A DNA stretch of 64,000 nucleotides from Raillietiella orientalis (Eukaryota): assembly GCA_036172245.1 (NCBI GenBank), contig JAYWIR010000018.1, positions 1,178,001 through 1,242,000 on the forward strand. The letters are read 5' to 3'. The notes below the pieces were generated by a model. It was given only the letters and a program-made list of their open reading frames with translations, made no database searches and was not told where the DNA came from. Below, in pieces: positions 36,459-49,100 of this stretch (positions within the stretch are counted from its first letter, which is position 1; every line of letters begins with the position of its first letter). Both the position numbers and the translations under genes were made by a program.

Positions 36459-39280
36459 TCAGATTCGAGTCTCCGATCCGGGGACGTCCTGAGGGAGGAA
36501 ACTCTCCCGGAGTCTGGCCAGGCACAAGGCCAGCAGCTGGCCGGAGAGGCGGGCGTCCCACTGCGTTCCACGACCCCTGTAGTCCACCCTGCAGGTCTGG
36601 ACCACTCGCGTCCGCCCGTCGGGGCACCTCTCTGCGGACAGTCTGGACCCCAGTACCAGCGCGCGCACCGCGCAGGTCAGGGACGGTGCGGAAGGGTGGA
36701 GGACGGACGCCTCCGTCAGCGTGTACCCGCAGGCGCTCGAAGCCAGATGGCGGAGCAGGCAGAACTCCCTCGGCGGCTGCCCTGGCGGCGACGCGCAGAG
36801 GTACTGGAAGACGCCGCCAGAGGAGTGGTCGCCGCAGCTCCCGGGCATGGGGCAAGCGATCCGGACGGCGACCGTGCTGGGGTCGAACAGCACCCTAAGG
36901 GGAGGGAAGCGAAGGACGAGCAGCTCGAGGCGGGGATGGGAGGTAGGTGGGGAGGTAAGAGGGATGGCACGGTCCAGGGACGCACCTGTCGTTCATGTAC
37001 CGGGTCACCAGTTCCTCCGGAGTGACATCGACCTCAACGGCGGCCTGCCACACGCGCAGGTCTTCGACGGGCTTGCGGTAGCACAGCTCCCCATGTGGGC
37101 AGCTCACCCGTACCCACCGCCGGCCGCCGCCCAGCTCCTTCTCGACGCGGTCCTGGAGGATCTGCACCCAGTCCTGACCTTCGACGCAGCTCCAGTCGAG
37201 GGCGCACGTGGTGTCCGAATAGACGGGTTCGACGTTCTGGGGCACCTGAAGAACATGGTCAGATGCGTTCTCTCCTCTTGAGGACAGCCGGCACGGCAGG
37301 AAGGGCTACGAGAAGGGCAAAGGGAAGAACCGTTCGGCAAGGACGAGAGAAGGAGAGCTGAAAGAATAGGAAGGAGGAGGAGAGGCAGGAACCGAAGGCC
37401 ACGAGAATGAGAAGAGGAGGAGGAGGAGGAGAAGAGAGCAAGAACTGCGGAAACGAAAGCAGCGACGGCGGCGACAACCACAAGGAACCAACCCGGAACA
37501 GGATGCCGACGTCGGATATCATGCGGGAAAGACAAGACACCGCCGCGCGGCTCTCGGCCAGGTCCGCGGCGTCGAGGGCGGCGATCGTCCTGCGCCTGCG
37601 CATCGCCGAACCCTGCGTCAGGAACACCGAAGGAGACACGCAGATGGCGAGATTGTGCGCCGTCATCTGGTTGCTGGCGGCCTCCTTGGCGATCTGGGAC
37701 AGGAAGTACACGAAGGAGTGGAGGGCTTCCCGGTTCTCGTCGGGCAGGAGGATCAAGGCGGCCTGGAGAGCCTCCGTCTGGTGCTCCTCGGGCACGACTG
37801 GGGGCAGAGAGGCGGCTCACGCGAGGGCTCGGGCGGATGGGGGAGGGGGAAAGAGAGGGTCGCGCGACCGCGCCCTTCTTACAGGTGAATATGGACAGGA
37901 AAGTGTCGGCCAGCTTGGTGGTCAGCAGGCCTCCTGGAATGGAGCGCAGGTACTGCTTCAGGAGATCCGCGATGTCATAGGCCTCCGTCCCGTCCGAAAG
38001 ATCAGGAGTCCACTTCCCGGACTCCCAGAGGGCGCGGATCTTCTGTATCCGGGACTTGGAGCCAGGCCGACGGAAGAGACCCTTCTGGTCGACAGCCACC
38101 GTCATCAGGAAGTGCATCGCCCATCGGATGGGCGCCGGGATAGGACTCCCTGTCTTCGCCACGGTCACGTGCACCGGCATGCCGAAGACGCGCTTGTCTG
38201 GAAGAGGAGGTGACGGAGAAGGGCCAAGGGAGGCGACACGGGAGCAAGGAGAGAAAGTGAAGAGTTGAAGGGAGGAGAAGAGGAAGAAGAGTGGGGAGGA
38301 GGAGGAAGGAAAGAGAAAGAGGAAGAGTGGGAGAGGAGAGAGGGAAAAAGAGGAGGAAAGGAAGAGGAAGAAGAGGAGGAGGGAAGAGAAGAAAAGGAGG
38401 AGGAAAGGAGAGGGACGGTTTCCCATCCCCGCTTGCTCCCCTCTCCCACCCTTCTCTCGCTCAGGCGCTCGCGCTGCGGGAGACTCACGGCGGTAGTCGG
38501 GGTGACGTATCCTTTTAAGCAGGCGCGAAAGATCCCACCTCCGGGTGCCCTTGTAGGGCCAAAACTTCTCTATTAAAGAGGTGAGTCTGAGGTACGCCCA
38601 CTTGCGGTAATACTTCAGCTGAAGGTAGGGCAAAGAGCACAGGAAAGGAGACGTGGGGCCGTGGGACGGAGGACCCCGCAAGGACGAGCAGCGCCTGAGT
38701 TTCTTGCAGACGTCGCCGAGGGAGCCAGCTGAATGATCGGGAAAAGACATAGGGGAGTCGGGGAAGGGCGGGTCCGGAGGGGATGAGACGTACGGGCGCC
38801 GTTTCCTTGCGACACGCTGTCGCAGTCGCCGCTGAGGCGGGTGGCCGCTACGGTCCTGCGCAACCTGGTCCCGCGCCGGAAGGGGTCGCCGTTCTTCGTC
38901 CTCTCGAGCTGGGCGTCTTAGAGGAGGGAGAGTGATCAGAGTGGCGGCGGTTCTCTTGCTTCCCATCCCCCCTTCTCAGCCCTCGTTCGTCCCTGACTTA
39001 CATTCCCCCCGGACCTCGATGACCTTCTTCCATCGACGGGACTCCTCGTCCAGGCTCCATCGGCCGTCACCGACGGGCCAGCAGACCCCGTCGCCGTCGC
39101 TGTCCTCTTCCCGCGGCGAATCCGCGGAGGGCGGATCCCGCTCTCCCGAGGGAGACGAACCGGAGTGCTCGTTCAGGACAGCGATCCTGCAGACCAGGGA
39201 ATCCACAGCGGGTTCGTCCGAGAAGCTGAGGCGGCCGGACCCCACGGAGGTGGCGGACGCGTCGAGCGGCAGCCGCCCTT
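36459..39280 (-). CDS. cv-c: SAM-RhoGAP-START protein of the DLC1/STARD13/crossveinless-c family; exons 39280-39002, 38916-38794, 38728-38489, 38197-37883, 37797-37493, 37245-36986, 36894-36459; 5' end lies further upstream
   Basis: GT-AG introns with compatible phases. C-half of SAM: EGRLPLD..DSLVCRIAVLNE. Pre-GAP segment: LQLKYYRKWAYLRLTSLIEKF..KRIRHPDYRHKRVFGMP. RhoGAP with arginine finger: GLFRRPGSKSRI, AYDIADLLKQYLR, LLPDENREAL, NQMTAHNLAICVSPS. START domain: LRVWQAAVEV..CRVDYRGR..RLRESF. The C-terminus GSETRI* parallels GPETKI in vertebrate STARD13. An alternative acceptor at 39329 is possible. Confidence 0.92.
38200..38415. repeat. Polypurine/polypyrimidine (GA-rich) tract in a RhoGAP intron
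   Basis: About 200 bp of gaggaagaagag.. with very few pyrimidines on +. Confidence 0.9.
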
Positions 39281-42264
39281 CTGGAAGAGACGCATGCAGT
39301 GGTGACACATGGGCGCAGATGAGACGACGCTGAAGCAAGGGAGGAGGGAAGAAGGAGAGGGGGTGAGAGAAAGAGGAGGTGGCTGCGGTTGGAGCAACCA
39401 ACAACGGCGGGCGGAGTGGATGGTGCCCGCGATCCACAGCAGCCACGGGAGGCATCTCGCCGGTGGCCACTATCCCTCAAGAGCCTCCACCGTCGGACAG
39501 CCTCAGCCGGATTCAGGAGACGTCGAGGGCGGTCGTGAACGCGGACGGGAAGGGTCCCGAGACAGCATGCCACAGTGAGCATCCCGCCTCTCCAGATGAC
39601 GCCGTCGGGGGCCAGCGAGAGGGCGAGACAGCTCGGAGGCCATCTTCGCCACGCGGTTGGTTCTCCACTGCATCCAAACCACACCTTACCGAATGCGGTC
39701 ATCCTGATTTCTTCCTGATGGTCGTCGATCAACGGTGGGAACCGTTCCAGGCCGGATGCAGGCAGGATGACCGCCGGAGGCAACGAGCAGTGATCCCGCC
39801 GGGCGTCCGCGTGCACTGCGCACCCCGCTCGACGGTCCCCAGCCAGATCCGCAACAACGCGTGGTCACGGAGGGAGGAAGAAGGACATGCGAACGGAAAA
39901 GAATGCCGTTCCTCGCAGGGGTTCACCAGGGCTCGCGGCTCGTCCCCTTCCCTGGGGCGCTCGCGGAAGAGAGGCCCGGCAATAGGGTGATTCATCCGCA
40001 CGGACAGCTCCCTTGGGTACTCCCCATCCTTCCGCCGCGCGCTTGGGGCTCCGGGGAAGCAAGAGGAGAAAGACAGAGCAGATAGGAAGGACCCGGGGCA
40101 AGCGGGTGGGAAGACCTGTGCACCCCTGGGAGCTGCGTCTCGTTCTGGAGGAGAGAAGTGAGAGGGAAGGAGAATCACATCCGCTCAGCGAAAAGGCGGC
40201 CCGAGAGAGAGAAGGAATCGGAGAGCCAGATAGCTAGAGGGTGGCACCCAGTAGGGGGGGGCAAAGGGTGGAACGCAGAATAAAGCAAGGGACAGATGAG
40301 GGGTCTCGAGGAGTAAGCCCCCATCAGGAGGACGCGCAGGACTACCCGCCCCACGGGACGCGCCCCGTCCTCCGAGCCGGTGGGAGCGCCACCGCCCCGG
40401 AAGGGTCGGAGTTCCAGAGTCCGCCGCACCGCGTCGGGCAGCAGTTCCACCTCCGCACCTGTTTCCCCCGAACCAGGGGCGCAAGGAGGTGCTTTGGGGG
40501 AAGGAGGCGGCGGGCAGGGGAGCAGTCAGAAGCGGAACTTCGGGTAGACCGATTCGGGAGCGGAAGGGAAGGGCGCGCCGTCCTGCGGGACGGGGGGAAG
40601 CGCTGCCGCCTGCCCGGAAAGCGACCAGGAGCGCGCACGCGTCCTTCGCTGCGAGGCGGTCGCCCGGGAGGAAGGGGATGTGGGATCCGCGCTTCGGCGC
40701 TTGGAGATGACTCACTTCTTTCCTGGATGCGGCAGTTGTGGTGCAGCTGCCCCGCCTCCTTCATCTGGAAGACAAAGGGAAAGAAGAAGCAAGGAGGAGC
40801 GGAAGGGGAGGGAGATCCCCCTTGGAGGAACGTGAGGTGGGGGAGGAAAAGAGGCTCCCCTCCGCGGCGGGGTCAGTGTTGCGCCGAAGAGCGCCCGCAT
40901 ACGCTGCCCCGCATGGCGGGTGGCAGCTGGGACGCAGGAGGAGGAGGAGGGAGGAATCCTTCGGGACGTCCGCTCACGCGCGGGTCGCTGGCGGGGGATG
41001 GGCTGTAGCAGCAGAGGGAGGGCAGGGGAGGGACCACACCACGCCGACGCCGACAGCTGCGGCAGCAGCACGTCAGATGCAAACGCGCGGGTCGCAAACT
41101 GCGAAGAAGTAGGCGGCCGAGGTGGAGCCGGCAGGCGGAGGTTGCTCCTGGCAACGCGCGCGCTCTGCTTCGAGAGCGCCTTCCCTGGAGAACTCGCGAG
41201 CGCCCAGTTCGACGCTCGCGGGGCGGGCAGCGTGCTCGCGAGAGCCAAGCGAAAGGGACGGGAGAGTTAGGAGGAGGAGGAGGCGGTGGCGGTGGCTCCA
41301 GGTGATGGAGTTGGGAGGGGAACGAACGAACGAACGAGAGAGGCGCGCGCCTGGGACGCTCTGCCCCGAAGGGACAGGGGGAGACGCACCCTCTCCTGGC
41401 GGTGGAGAGGCAGGGCGCTCCTGAAGCAGCTGACGCCGTTCGCCGCTGCCGCCCCTCCCCCCGCTGTACGCCCTCGGGCACATGCTGACCACTCGCCCTT
41501 GCTCTCTCTTGGCATTCTCCGCGCTGCTCGGCCGTCTCAGCTCGGATGCCGCGGCGAGAGAGATCGCTGACATCATTGTCGCGCGCGGGCCGTTCTCTGC
41601 CACCGCGAGGTGGCGCTCCGTTGGCTCCCCCCATCCCACTCCAACCCTTTTTCATGGGGAGGGGGAGGGTGGGGAAGAGGGAAAAGGCGTCCTTCCGTCT
41701 TCGAAACCTCGTTGCTCCTTCCCCCTCTCCCCATATGGTGACGGGACGTCAGAGGTGGAGCATCCGTAGGTCCCTTTGCCCGGCCCGGGGCCTCCCTCGT
41801 GGCCATGGGGCGGTCACGGTTGCATGGGTAACGCCCGGCCCAGCTTCTCCCGCTTTGAGGAAGAAGGGACACAGAATTCCTTCTTCTTTTCCCTACCTTG
41901 CACACCCCTGGGAAGTTGGAAAAGTGCCATGGACCCTCCCCACTCGCAGGTCACAGACGGCCGCCCCTTTCCAGAGGCACGGGGCGGTGACGAGTCTTTG
42001 TGAGATGACAGCAAAAGCGAGGGGATCCTTTCTGAAGGGAAGGGCGGGCAGCCGGGAACGCCGCCGCATGGTCAGGGGTCCGTAAGACACCGACCCCGGA
42101 CAAGGGTCGACCCGTGGCGCCGGAGGGAAAGAGGGAGCGGAAGGCGGCTCGGGAGGTGGAGGAGTCCCACCGTTCCCATCGCCCGAGAGCGTGACGGAGG
42201 TCACCGAAAGAGAGAGAGGGGAGGAGGGGGGATACATACGGCGGACCGCGAGCCACGCACCCCC

Positions 42265-43330
42265 TCAGGGCAGGCTGACGGGCCAGAGGCTGGGGCACCA
42301 AGAAGCAGTGTGCTGATCACCCCAGGAGACGTGGCGACTGACAACGGGGCGAGAGGCGATGGTCGGCTCGGTTCCTCCGCGGCTGGTCAGCGCAGCAAGA
42401 CCGCCGCCGCGAGGAGAGCGGGAGGCACCGAGGCTGACCCCTGGAGACAGCGGGGAGAGCGCGCGGGGTGTCTTCATTCCCCGAAAGGAAGGGGCGGGAG
42501 GCTTCCTGCTCGCGGCCATCGGTAAGGAGGAAGACGCGTGCCACCGTGGACGTGAGCGTTTGCCAACCGTCTCCGCAGCGAAGCAGCGCCCGGCGGGAAC
42601 GAGAAGGGGCAAAGAAAGGGATTCGGAAGAAGAGAGCGGGCGGACGCTCCTTTCCGGTGGTGGTCCGGAGGGAGGGGTGAGCGAGGTGGATGAGGCGTAA
42701 CGCTCGGGAACATCACCTTCGAGTGTGCACGAGCGAGAAGGCGCGCTCCGGGCTCTCGCGGTCCGGAGATCGGAAGGGCGTCCTCGCTCTCGGGAACACG
42801 CAGCACACCGGGGGCAGCAGCGCACGCACGCAGCCGGATTTCCTTCTCGTGCACGGGAAGAGGGAAAGCCGCAGCGAGGATCCGGTCCGGGAGAGGAAGG
42901 CTGCGCGGGACTGCTGGCTCTGGCAGGCGCTAGATCTCGGAGAACGTCGGAACTTCCAGGACGCTCTCCTCCTTGGAGCGAGCAGGAAGGGATGAGGGTG
43001 GAGATCCTCGGAGGGAACCGCCCCTCATCTGCGGGGAGGTGATAAAAGGGGTGGGGGGGTGGGGGGGAGAAAAGCGCACGGAAGGAGGAAGACGCAAAGG
43101 CGGGAGGACCCGTGAGTGCGGCGGACCTTCGGGAGGAAGGTGAAAGCTGCTTCCCGGCCCCGCTACCGGGAGGACGTTTCGAAACCACGGTGCCTGAGGC
43201 GGACGACTGACGGGTTGCTCGGAGATGAAGGCCATTCAAGTCCGAGAACGAGGAGGCGCTTCCGCTCGCGGCGAGAAAGTTGACCGACCGCTTTGTCCCC
43301 GAGAAGGATCGGGCAGGGAGGCACGTCAGC
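42265..43330 (-). CDS. Candidate Ser/Pro/Arg-rich 5' coding exon(s) of the RhoGAP gene
   Basis: Part of a 425-codon open frame on the RhoGAP strand, with protein-like stretches (RSVNFLAASGSASSFSDLNG; RARSAPSRSCTLEGDVPERYASSTSL) and a good acceptor (cacctccccgcag) near 43030. No domain is recognised, and GC-richness alone can produce long ORFs. Confidence 0.35.
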
Positions 43331-45539
43331 AACGATAGCCCCGGGGGCGTCGCCGCCCGTAGAAAAAAAAAAAAAAAAAAACGAGAGCGGCAGCGTCCTG
43401 CGCGGAGCCGAAGCACCGGCGATTTCGCGCCGTTGAGCGGCAAGGAAGCAAGGAATCTCCTTGGAAACGCGTTCGTGCCCGGCGAATGCCTCTCGATCTC
43501 GATTTCCATCGGTGGTTCCTCCTTTCCCACGCAGGGAACCACCGTTCTCCAATTTGAGGTAATCGGGAGGCATTAGGCGCAGGAGAGAGGCTCTCTCGTT
43601 GCCAAGGGAAACGCCGAGAAGTATCGGGAGCGCTCGAAGAGTGCGGCCGGAACGAGGCGAAACATCAACGTCACGTTCCCTAATCACCGGCGCAGGCTGG
43701 CGGAATGCATCTGCCGAGGCCGCGGGGAAGCGGCGAGAGACTTGGAGGCGTTGCCCGGCAACGTGGGTGCCCGGGACGAAGGGGGGAGGGAGAGGGGGGG
43801 CGGAGATTTTCGGAGGCAGAACCGCTGCCGGGAGCCGAACCTCGAGGACGAAGAGCGAATAGGAAGGGGGGGGGGGGAGAAGATCGAGGCTGCTGACCGT
43901 GAAGGCAATGACGGTGATGACGATGACTGCCAAGGGCTGTGAAGGAAAGGAAGAGCGGTCGTCGTCAAAAGCAGCGGCGCCGGGATCCCGAACTCCGGCT
44001 CCGGGAAGCCGGGCGTGGGAAGCGCGAGAGACGAGCGACGACCCGGGGGAGCGTGAGATCGATTCGACCCGCAACCCCGTTCGCTGCCCGCTGGCTATTC
44101 ATCCCGAGCGCGGGCGGCGGCGGCGACGCGGAGCGTCTCCGGGATCCGCTACCGCCGAGGGACGGCCCGGTGCCTTTGGTTCGGGTCAGTCGTGAGCACG
44201 GAGACGCAGGAAGGGGGGAGGCATTCGCGGTATTGAAGCCAGCCCGAGGGCAGGAGGAGTGGACAAACGGGATCCTCCACCACGCCATCGTCAGGACCGC
44301 GTCCGCCGAAGAAGGAACGCAGGCACGGACGCATGCGCGCGGGATAGAAAAGGGCCAGAAAAGGGCTCGGGAGCCAACGAGGGGGGAACCGCAATCCGGG
44401 TCATCCTGGAGTTGCGAGGGCACGTTGGGTAGGCCTGGGGCAACTCGCGGAGAATCTCCCCTCCCTGCGCTTGACTAACGAGGTGTCCTGGGAACGAGAA
44501 CGTGGTGGGTCGGTCCGCAAGGTGGTGAGGGGCACCCTTGGAGACGAGCCGGGGGACGCCAGTGAGCTCCCCCGGCTCGACTCCATGTCCTTGACCGCAG
44601 CAAGGCTTGACCAGAGGAGCCTCCTGCCCCTCAGTCACGCGGTTTCCCAGACTCCGCGGTGCTGATGCATCCCAAGAGAGAGGAGCGGCAGAGGTTTGGA
44701 CTTGGAGGGAACATCGGGGAAGAGCCCTCCGAGTAGCAAGGGCAGCGAGGCTCGGAATCTCCCAGGATTGAGGAGGACTCGTTCTGAAGTCCTCTGCGGG
44801 CTTCAGCGGGTTCAGACACGTGGGGACCCTTGGGGTTTCCCAAGCAGCGAACTCACTGAAGTTCACCAGCGGGTTCCCCAAGGGGGACAGGAGAGGACGG
44901 CATGTCGCCAGAGGGGAAGCGACGACGACGGCGCCTTTTTTCCCTTTCCCCTGTGCAGACGGGAACTGGCAGAGGGAGGGAGGACCCTCCCGGGAAGTCG
45001 GAGAGAAATCGCTCTCCCTTCCCGCGTGCGCGACCTCCGCCGGAGAGCCACCTCGGACGGGGCGCGCGCGATGATTAGCGCCCGTCCGCACGAGCGGACC
45101 GCAAGAGGTGCGTCTCGATTTCCGCGTCCCCTGCCTCCCCGACTCTGCGCCTTCTCGCCTGCTCTGCGCTCACAGCGCACCTATTAATTATGCGGATGCT
45201 ACCTGAAAGAGAGACGCCGAAGGCCGGTCTCTCGCTTCCGTGGGCCGGCAGAGGGAGTACCGCTCTCTCGCAGATTCCGCTCGCCCGACAGGGAACTCGC
45301 CGAAGAGATGAGAGGAGGAGGAGAAACGAGCAGCAGAAGGAAGGCACGACGAAGGCTGAGTCTTCCATCCCCCGGGCGGCGCACGAGTGGAGAACTCCCT
45401 CTGCGGACCAGGACACACATCAGACCTTTGCTCTTACAAGGATGCGAGATGAGTCGCAGAAGATCTTCCTGGAACGCGCGGTGCCAGAACAGGAGAAAGA
45501 AGGAGATGCTAAAACTTGCACGGAAACCGAGGTAGCGTG

Positions 45540-45780
45540 CAATCATCAACCACCCAGGCAACAACCCTCTCCGATGAGCAACAACTACCATCAACCTCAG
45601 CAGTCAGCCGTGACCACCAACTCAGCAGTCAAACAACTACTGAGCATTGCAACTACCAACCTGTGCCTCAGCAGTCAACCAACAGCAACAAGGGTCAACA
45701 ACCCTGTCGATGACCAGTCAACCACTACCACCAGCTCAGCAGTCAAACAACCGCCAACGAGCAGCCTACAAGTGTAGTCG
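45540..45780. repeat. CAA/CAG-rich low-complexity tract with an internal ~25-bp duplication
   Basis: accacca(a/g)ctcagcagtcaaacaac occurs at ~45613 and ~45727. Confidence 0.75.
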
Positions 45781-47666
45781 GTCAGCAGCCCACAGCGGCG
45801 GCTGCCGACTGCTGTCCGATTTCCGGCCTCTCGCTGATGGTCCCGTTGACGCACCCCCACGCAAGGAAGATAAGAGCGTGAGTCCTTCCGGGGAGAAGGA
45901 GCACCGTGCGTTTCCGAGCGGCAAGATTTGCTCAAGAGCGGCAACGGCGCGCCCTGCCCGGACCACGCGCCACGGCGGCCCAGCCGGTCGGTCTCCGAGA
46001 GGCGGGCGTTCCTCGGGGAAAAGACGAAGGAGCGAGGTGCAGTCACGAGGGAGACATCCACAGAGGTCCTCCCCCCCCCCGTTTGCGTCCAAAGCGCGCA
46101 GGGGGAGATGCGGGGAAGGCGCGCGGGCGCTCGTGAGCGGCGAGTTACGGCGGTCGGGGCTGCGAAAGGCGAGGCCGCGGAGCAAGCCCGAAGTGCGTGA
46201 GCACGCAAGGAGGCCATTTGGCTAATCTGCGGTGGCCACCGTGCGCGTCGTCGTCCAGCGTCCGCCGACGGGCGTCTTCCTACGCGGAGCGCGGCAGCAG
46301 ACGGCCGGGTTCGCGCGAACGGGCTCGGGAGATCATGTCATGGAAAGGGGTGGGGTCGGAGGAAAGGGGGGCGGTGCAGTGTTTGGAGGGAAGGAGGTCA
46401 CATCGCTCCCTCCCGCGACACGCAGAGTTCCTCCGAGCTCTGCTTCAGGGCTCTCCGGTTCTGCTCGTCCCGAGTTTCCGGTCGCCGCGGCTCCCGAAGC
46501 GGACCGACGAACAGGAGCGGCCCCTCTTCCCGTTCTCCGGGACGCCCAGGGCACAGGGCTACTGGGGATGATGAGGGAGCAGCTCTTCTTGGTCACGCGT
46601 CCCTCCAGGGAGCAGACATCCTGCAACCGATCCGCCCCCCTTCCGGGGATGTGCGCAGAGGGAAGGGATAGAAAGATGGCAGTCTGACTTGGAAGCTCTG
46701 CAGAAAGGCGTCTGGCGCCGTCACGATGGACGGCGACCCGTACGGATTGCCCGGCGTTCCGCCGGGGGTCTAGGCACGCGGGAATGGCGAAGATCATCTC
46801 GGGACACGGTGAGGAGCCTGTCCGCTATTTCGTGCAACGGTTTGGCGGGCGGAGAGGGGGTGGAGGAGGGAAAGGAACGGAAAAACCTCGAGGAAGCGGG
46901 TTGCACCCGTTCGCGCTCCTTGGTCCAAGCTACGGAAGCTGAGCGAAAGAAGGGGCCGCCCTGGTTGGAGTCCTTCTCCCCCTGCAGGAGCGAGCAGGGA
47001 ATGCACGTGGTCAGACCTGCAGCAGAGCGGCCGCCGAAGCAGAGTGAACGAGAAGGGACCGTGCGCGAACGTCGGGCAACTGACCTTTCCAACAGCCATC
47101 GGCAAAGTCGGTCAGCTGATTACCAATCGTGCTCCGGATCGTCCGAGGCGCTCAAGAGCGCGCGTTTCTTCACGTGGCTCTGGAAGACGGGAACTCCGAG
47201 CTCAAAACACCCCCTCAGGCGGCGAGGGCGCGAATTTTCCCGATCAAGTGAATGCGCACGCTCGGAGCCGGCAGGAGAGCTGTGGGAGATCGTCTCGCCG
47301 CGCCATGAGCTGCTCATCCCCTCCTCCCGCCACTGATGTCCACGCGAGGGGACCCCCGCGAAGACCGCCTCGTGGGCGCACCTTTCGGTGGCCGGCGTCC
47401 GCGGACGCCTCTCCCTTTCCGCACGAAGACGAAGCAGCAAGGCGCCGAACGTGTCGTGGATCCCCTTCCCCCCCCCTCTCTCTCTCTCCAGAAGGGCTGT
47501 GGGAAGCACCCGAGGAGGACGCGAGGGTGCAGCAAGAAGACCTCAGCGGGGCGGGGCAGATGCGCGCGGATGCCGCCAGTCGGGTCTCAGGTCCTGAAGC
47601 TGGGGAGCTGAATTGCGCGGGCGGGGGAGTGACTGCCCTCTGGGGAGAGGGTGGGAAAGAACGTAC

Positions 47667-48204
47667 CTCCTCCGTGTGCCGGTGATCTGACTCCCGTCCG
47701 TCCAGGCGGGGCTCGGATCGTGCCTTGACCACGGGGTCTCTCTTGGAGCAGCAGCAGGACTCGGGAGTACTCGGGGGTGAGCACGAGTGGTCGCCTTCCC
47801 GCTGGCGGGCCGCCGCCTCCGCTGCTGCTGCTGCCGCGGCCGCCGCGGCCGCCACACGGTGGTGGCGGCGTACCGCGGCGGACTGCTGCAGCCACCGGTC
47901 CTTGCGGTCGTCTCTGGACAGCCAGCGGGAGGACAGCTGCTGAGGCTCCTGCGGGTCCGCCCGGCGATCCGCCGGCCTCCGCGTCTTGGGAGACAGAGTC
48001 CCGAATCCGGACTCGTCGTGGTCCCCCTTGCTGCTGGTATTGTCGGAGAAGGAGTAGGAAGTGTCGTCGGGGAAGTAGGCGTCCGCTCCGGACTTGAGGC
48101 TGCTGCTGCTGCTCCCGGAAGCCGAAGACGAGGGTCCAGCAAGGGAGGTTGTGCTGCTCAGAACTTCTGGAACGGACGTGAAGCTCCGGCTCCTGGGGAC
48201 GCCC
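47667..48204 (-). CDS. Probable internal coding exon (Ser-rich, poly-Ala), likely a 5' exon of the RhoGAP gene
   Basis: Acceptor ccctctcttccag|GGGC and donor GAGGAG|gtacgt. The frame is open: GVPRSRSFTSVPEVLSS..DDTSYSFSDNTSSKGDHDESGFGTLSPK..A11..KARSEPRLD. C/G-ending codons resemble the RhoGAP exons. The link to the gene is inferred from strand and position. Confidence 0.6.
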
Positions 48205-48275
48205 CTGGAAGAGAGGGAGGGAGACGTGGATGAGGAAGGGGTCAGAAGGTGAGCCTCTCGCCGCCCCGTGCGCAA

Positions 48276-49100
48276 TGGGGATGATGTGGGAGCAGCTCTT
48301 CTCGGTCAAGCGTCCCGCCAGGCATCAGACCTGCAGCCGATCGGCCACCTCCTGAGGATGCGCGCGGAGGGAAAGGGAAAAAAAGATGGCAGTCTGACGT
48401 GGAAGCTGAGCTGCCGAAAGGCGTCTGGCGCCGCCGCCACGATGGGCGACGACCAGACCTGAGCGCCTGGAGTGAACGCGAGAAATCCCGCCGGGGGTCC
48501 AGGCAAGCGGGAAGGGCGAGAGCAGAGAACGCGCACGCGCCCTGTCACCTCGCGGCCTGCTTTTCGGCTGCCTTTTTTCTTTTCCTTTTTCCTTCTAGTC
48601 CCCGGAAAACCCCGAAAGACTAGGCCACGGGGACTCTCATCCGCATCAGGTCTCTCAGATCTCAACAAAGTCTCTGCTACCACCTCCACCACGATCTGAG
48701 TCGAACGGCGACTCCAGGCGGCACCGTTGCGATCCTCTTTACCTGCCGGAACCTGAGCAGCCCGCCAGTGGCGGTGCACCGGAAGGCAGGAACGGCTCTG
48801 TCCTGGAGGCTGGGCGTGGTGGGAGCGACGCTCGAGCAACCACCCGCCTTCAAGACTGGTTGCTTCAGCAGGAGAGTCGTCAGGCGCTCCTTAGGGGATT
48901 CCCACCTCCACGGCCACCGTCCTGCCGTTCATAGCAACCGAAAAATTCCGTGCAATCTGACGAGGGCCTCAAGGGGCGCCGAAATCCAACGCTGTGTTCA
49001 TCCCACAGCACCAGCTCCGCTCACCAAAGTGAGCCTGCTGGGCACCCACGGATCCCACGGTCCGGGCCTCAGCGCCCAAGCGATACGGACTCCTCGCTCA
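48276..49100 (+). mobile_element. Degenerate LINE: ORF1 C-terminal region followed by an APE endonuclease fragment; 48276-48520 recurs at 46563-46790
   Basis: A ~230-bp diverged direct repeat (ggggatgatg..gagcagctcttct..aaagatggcagtctgac..aaggcgtctggcgccg). Downstream GGTVAILF resembles the APE GGVAIL motif. Confidence 0.5.

Noticed and set aside
37104..38966. 620-aa minus-strand ORF as a single-exon gene
   Set aside because: It reads through several RhoGAP introns, including the polypyrimidine tract; only parts are the true frame.
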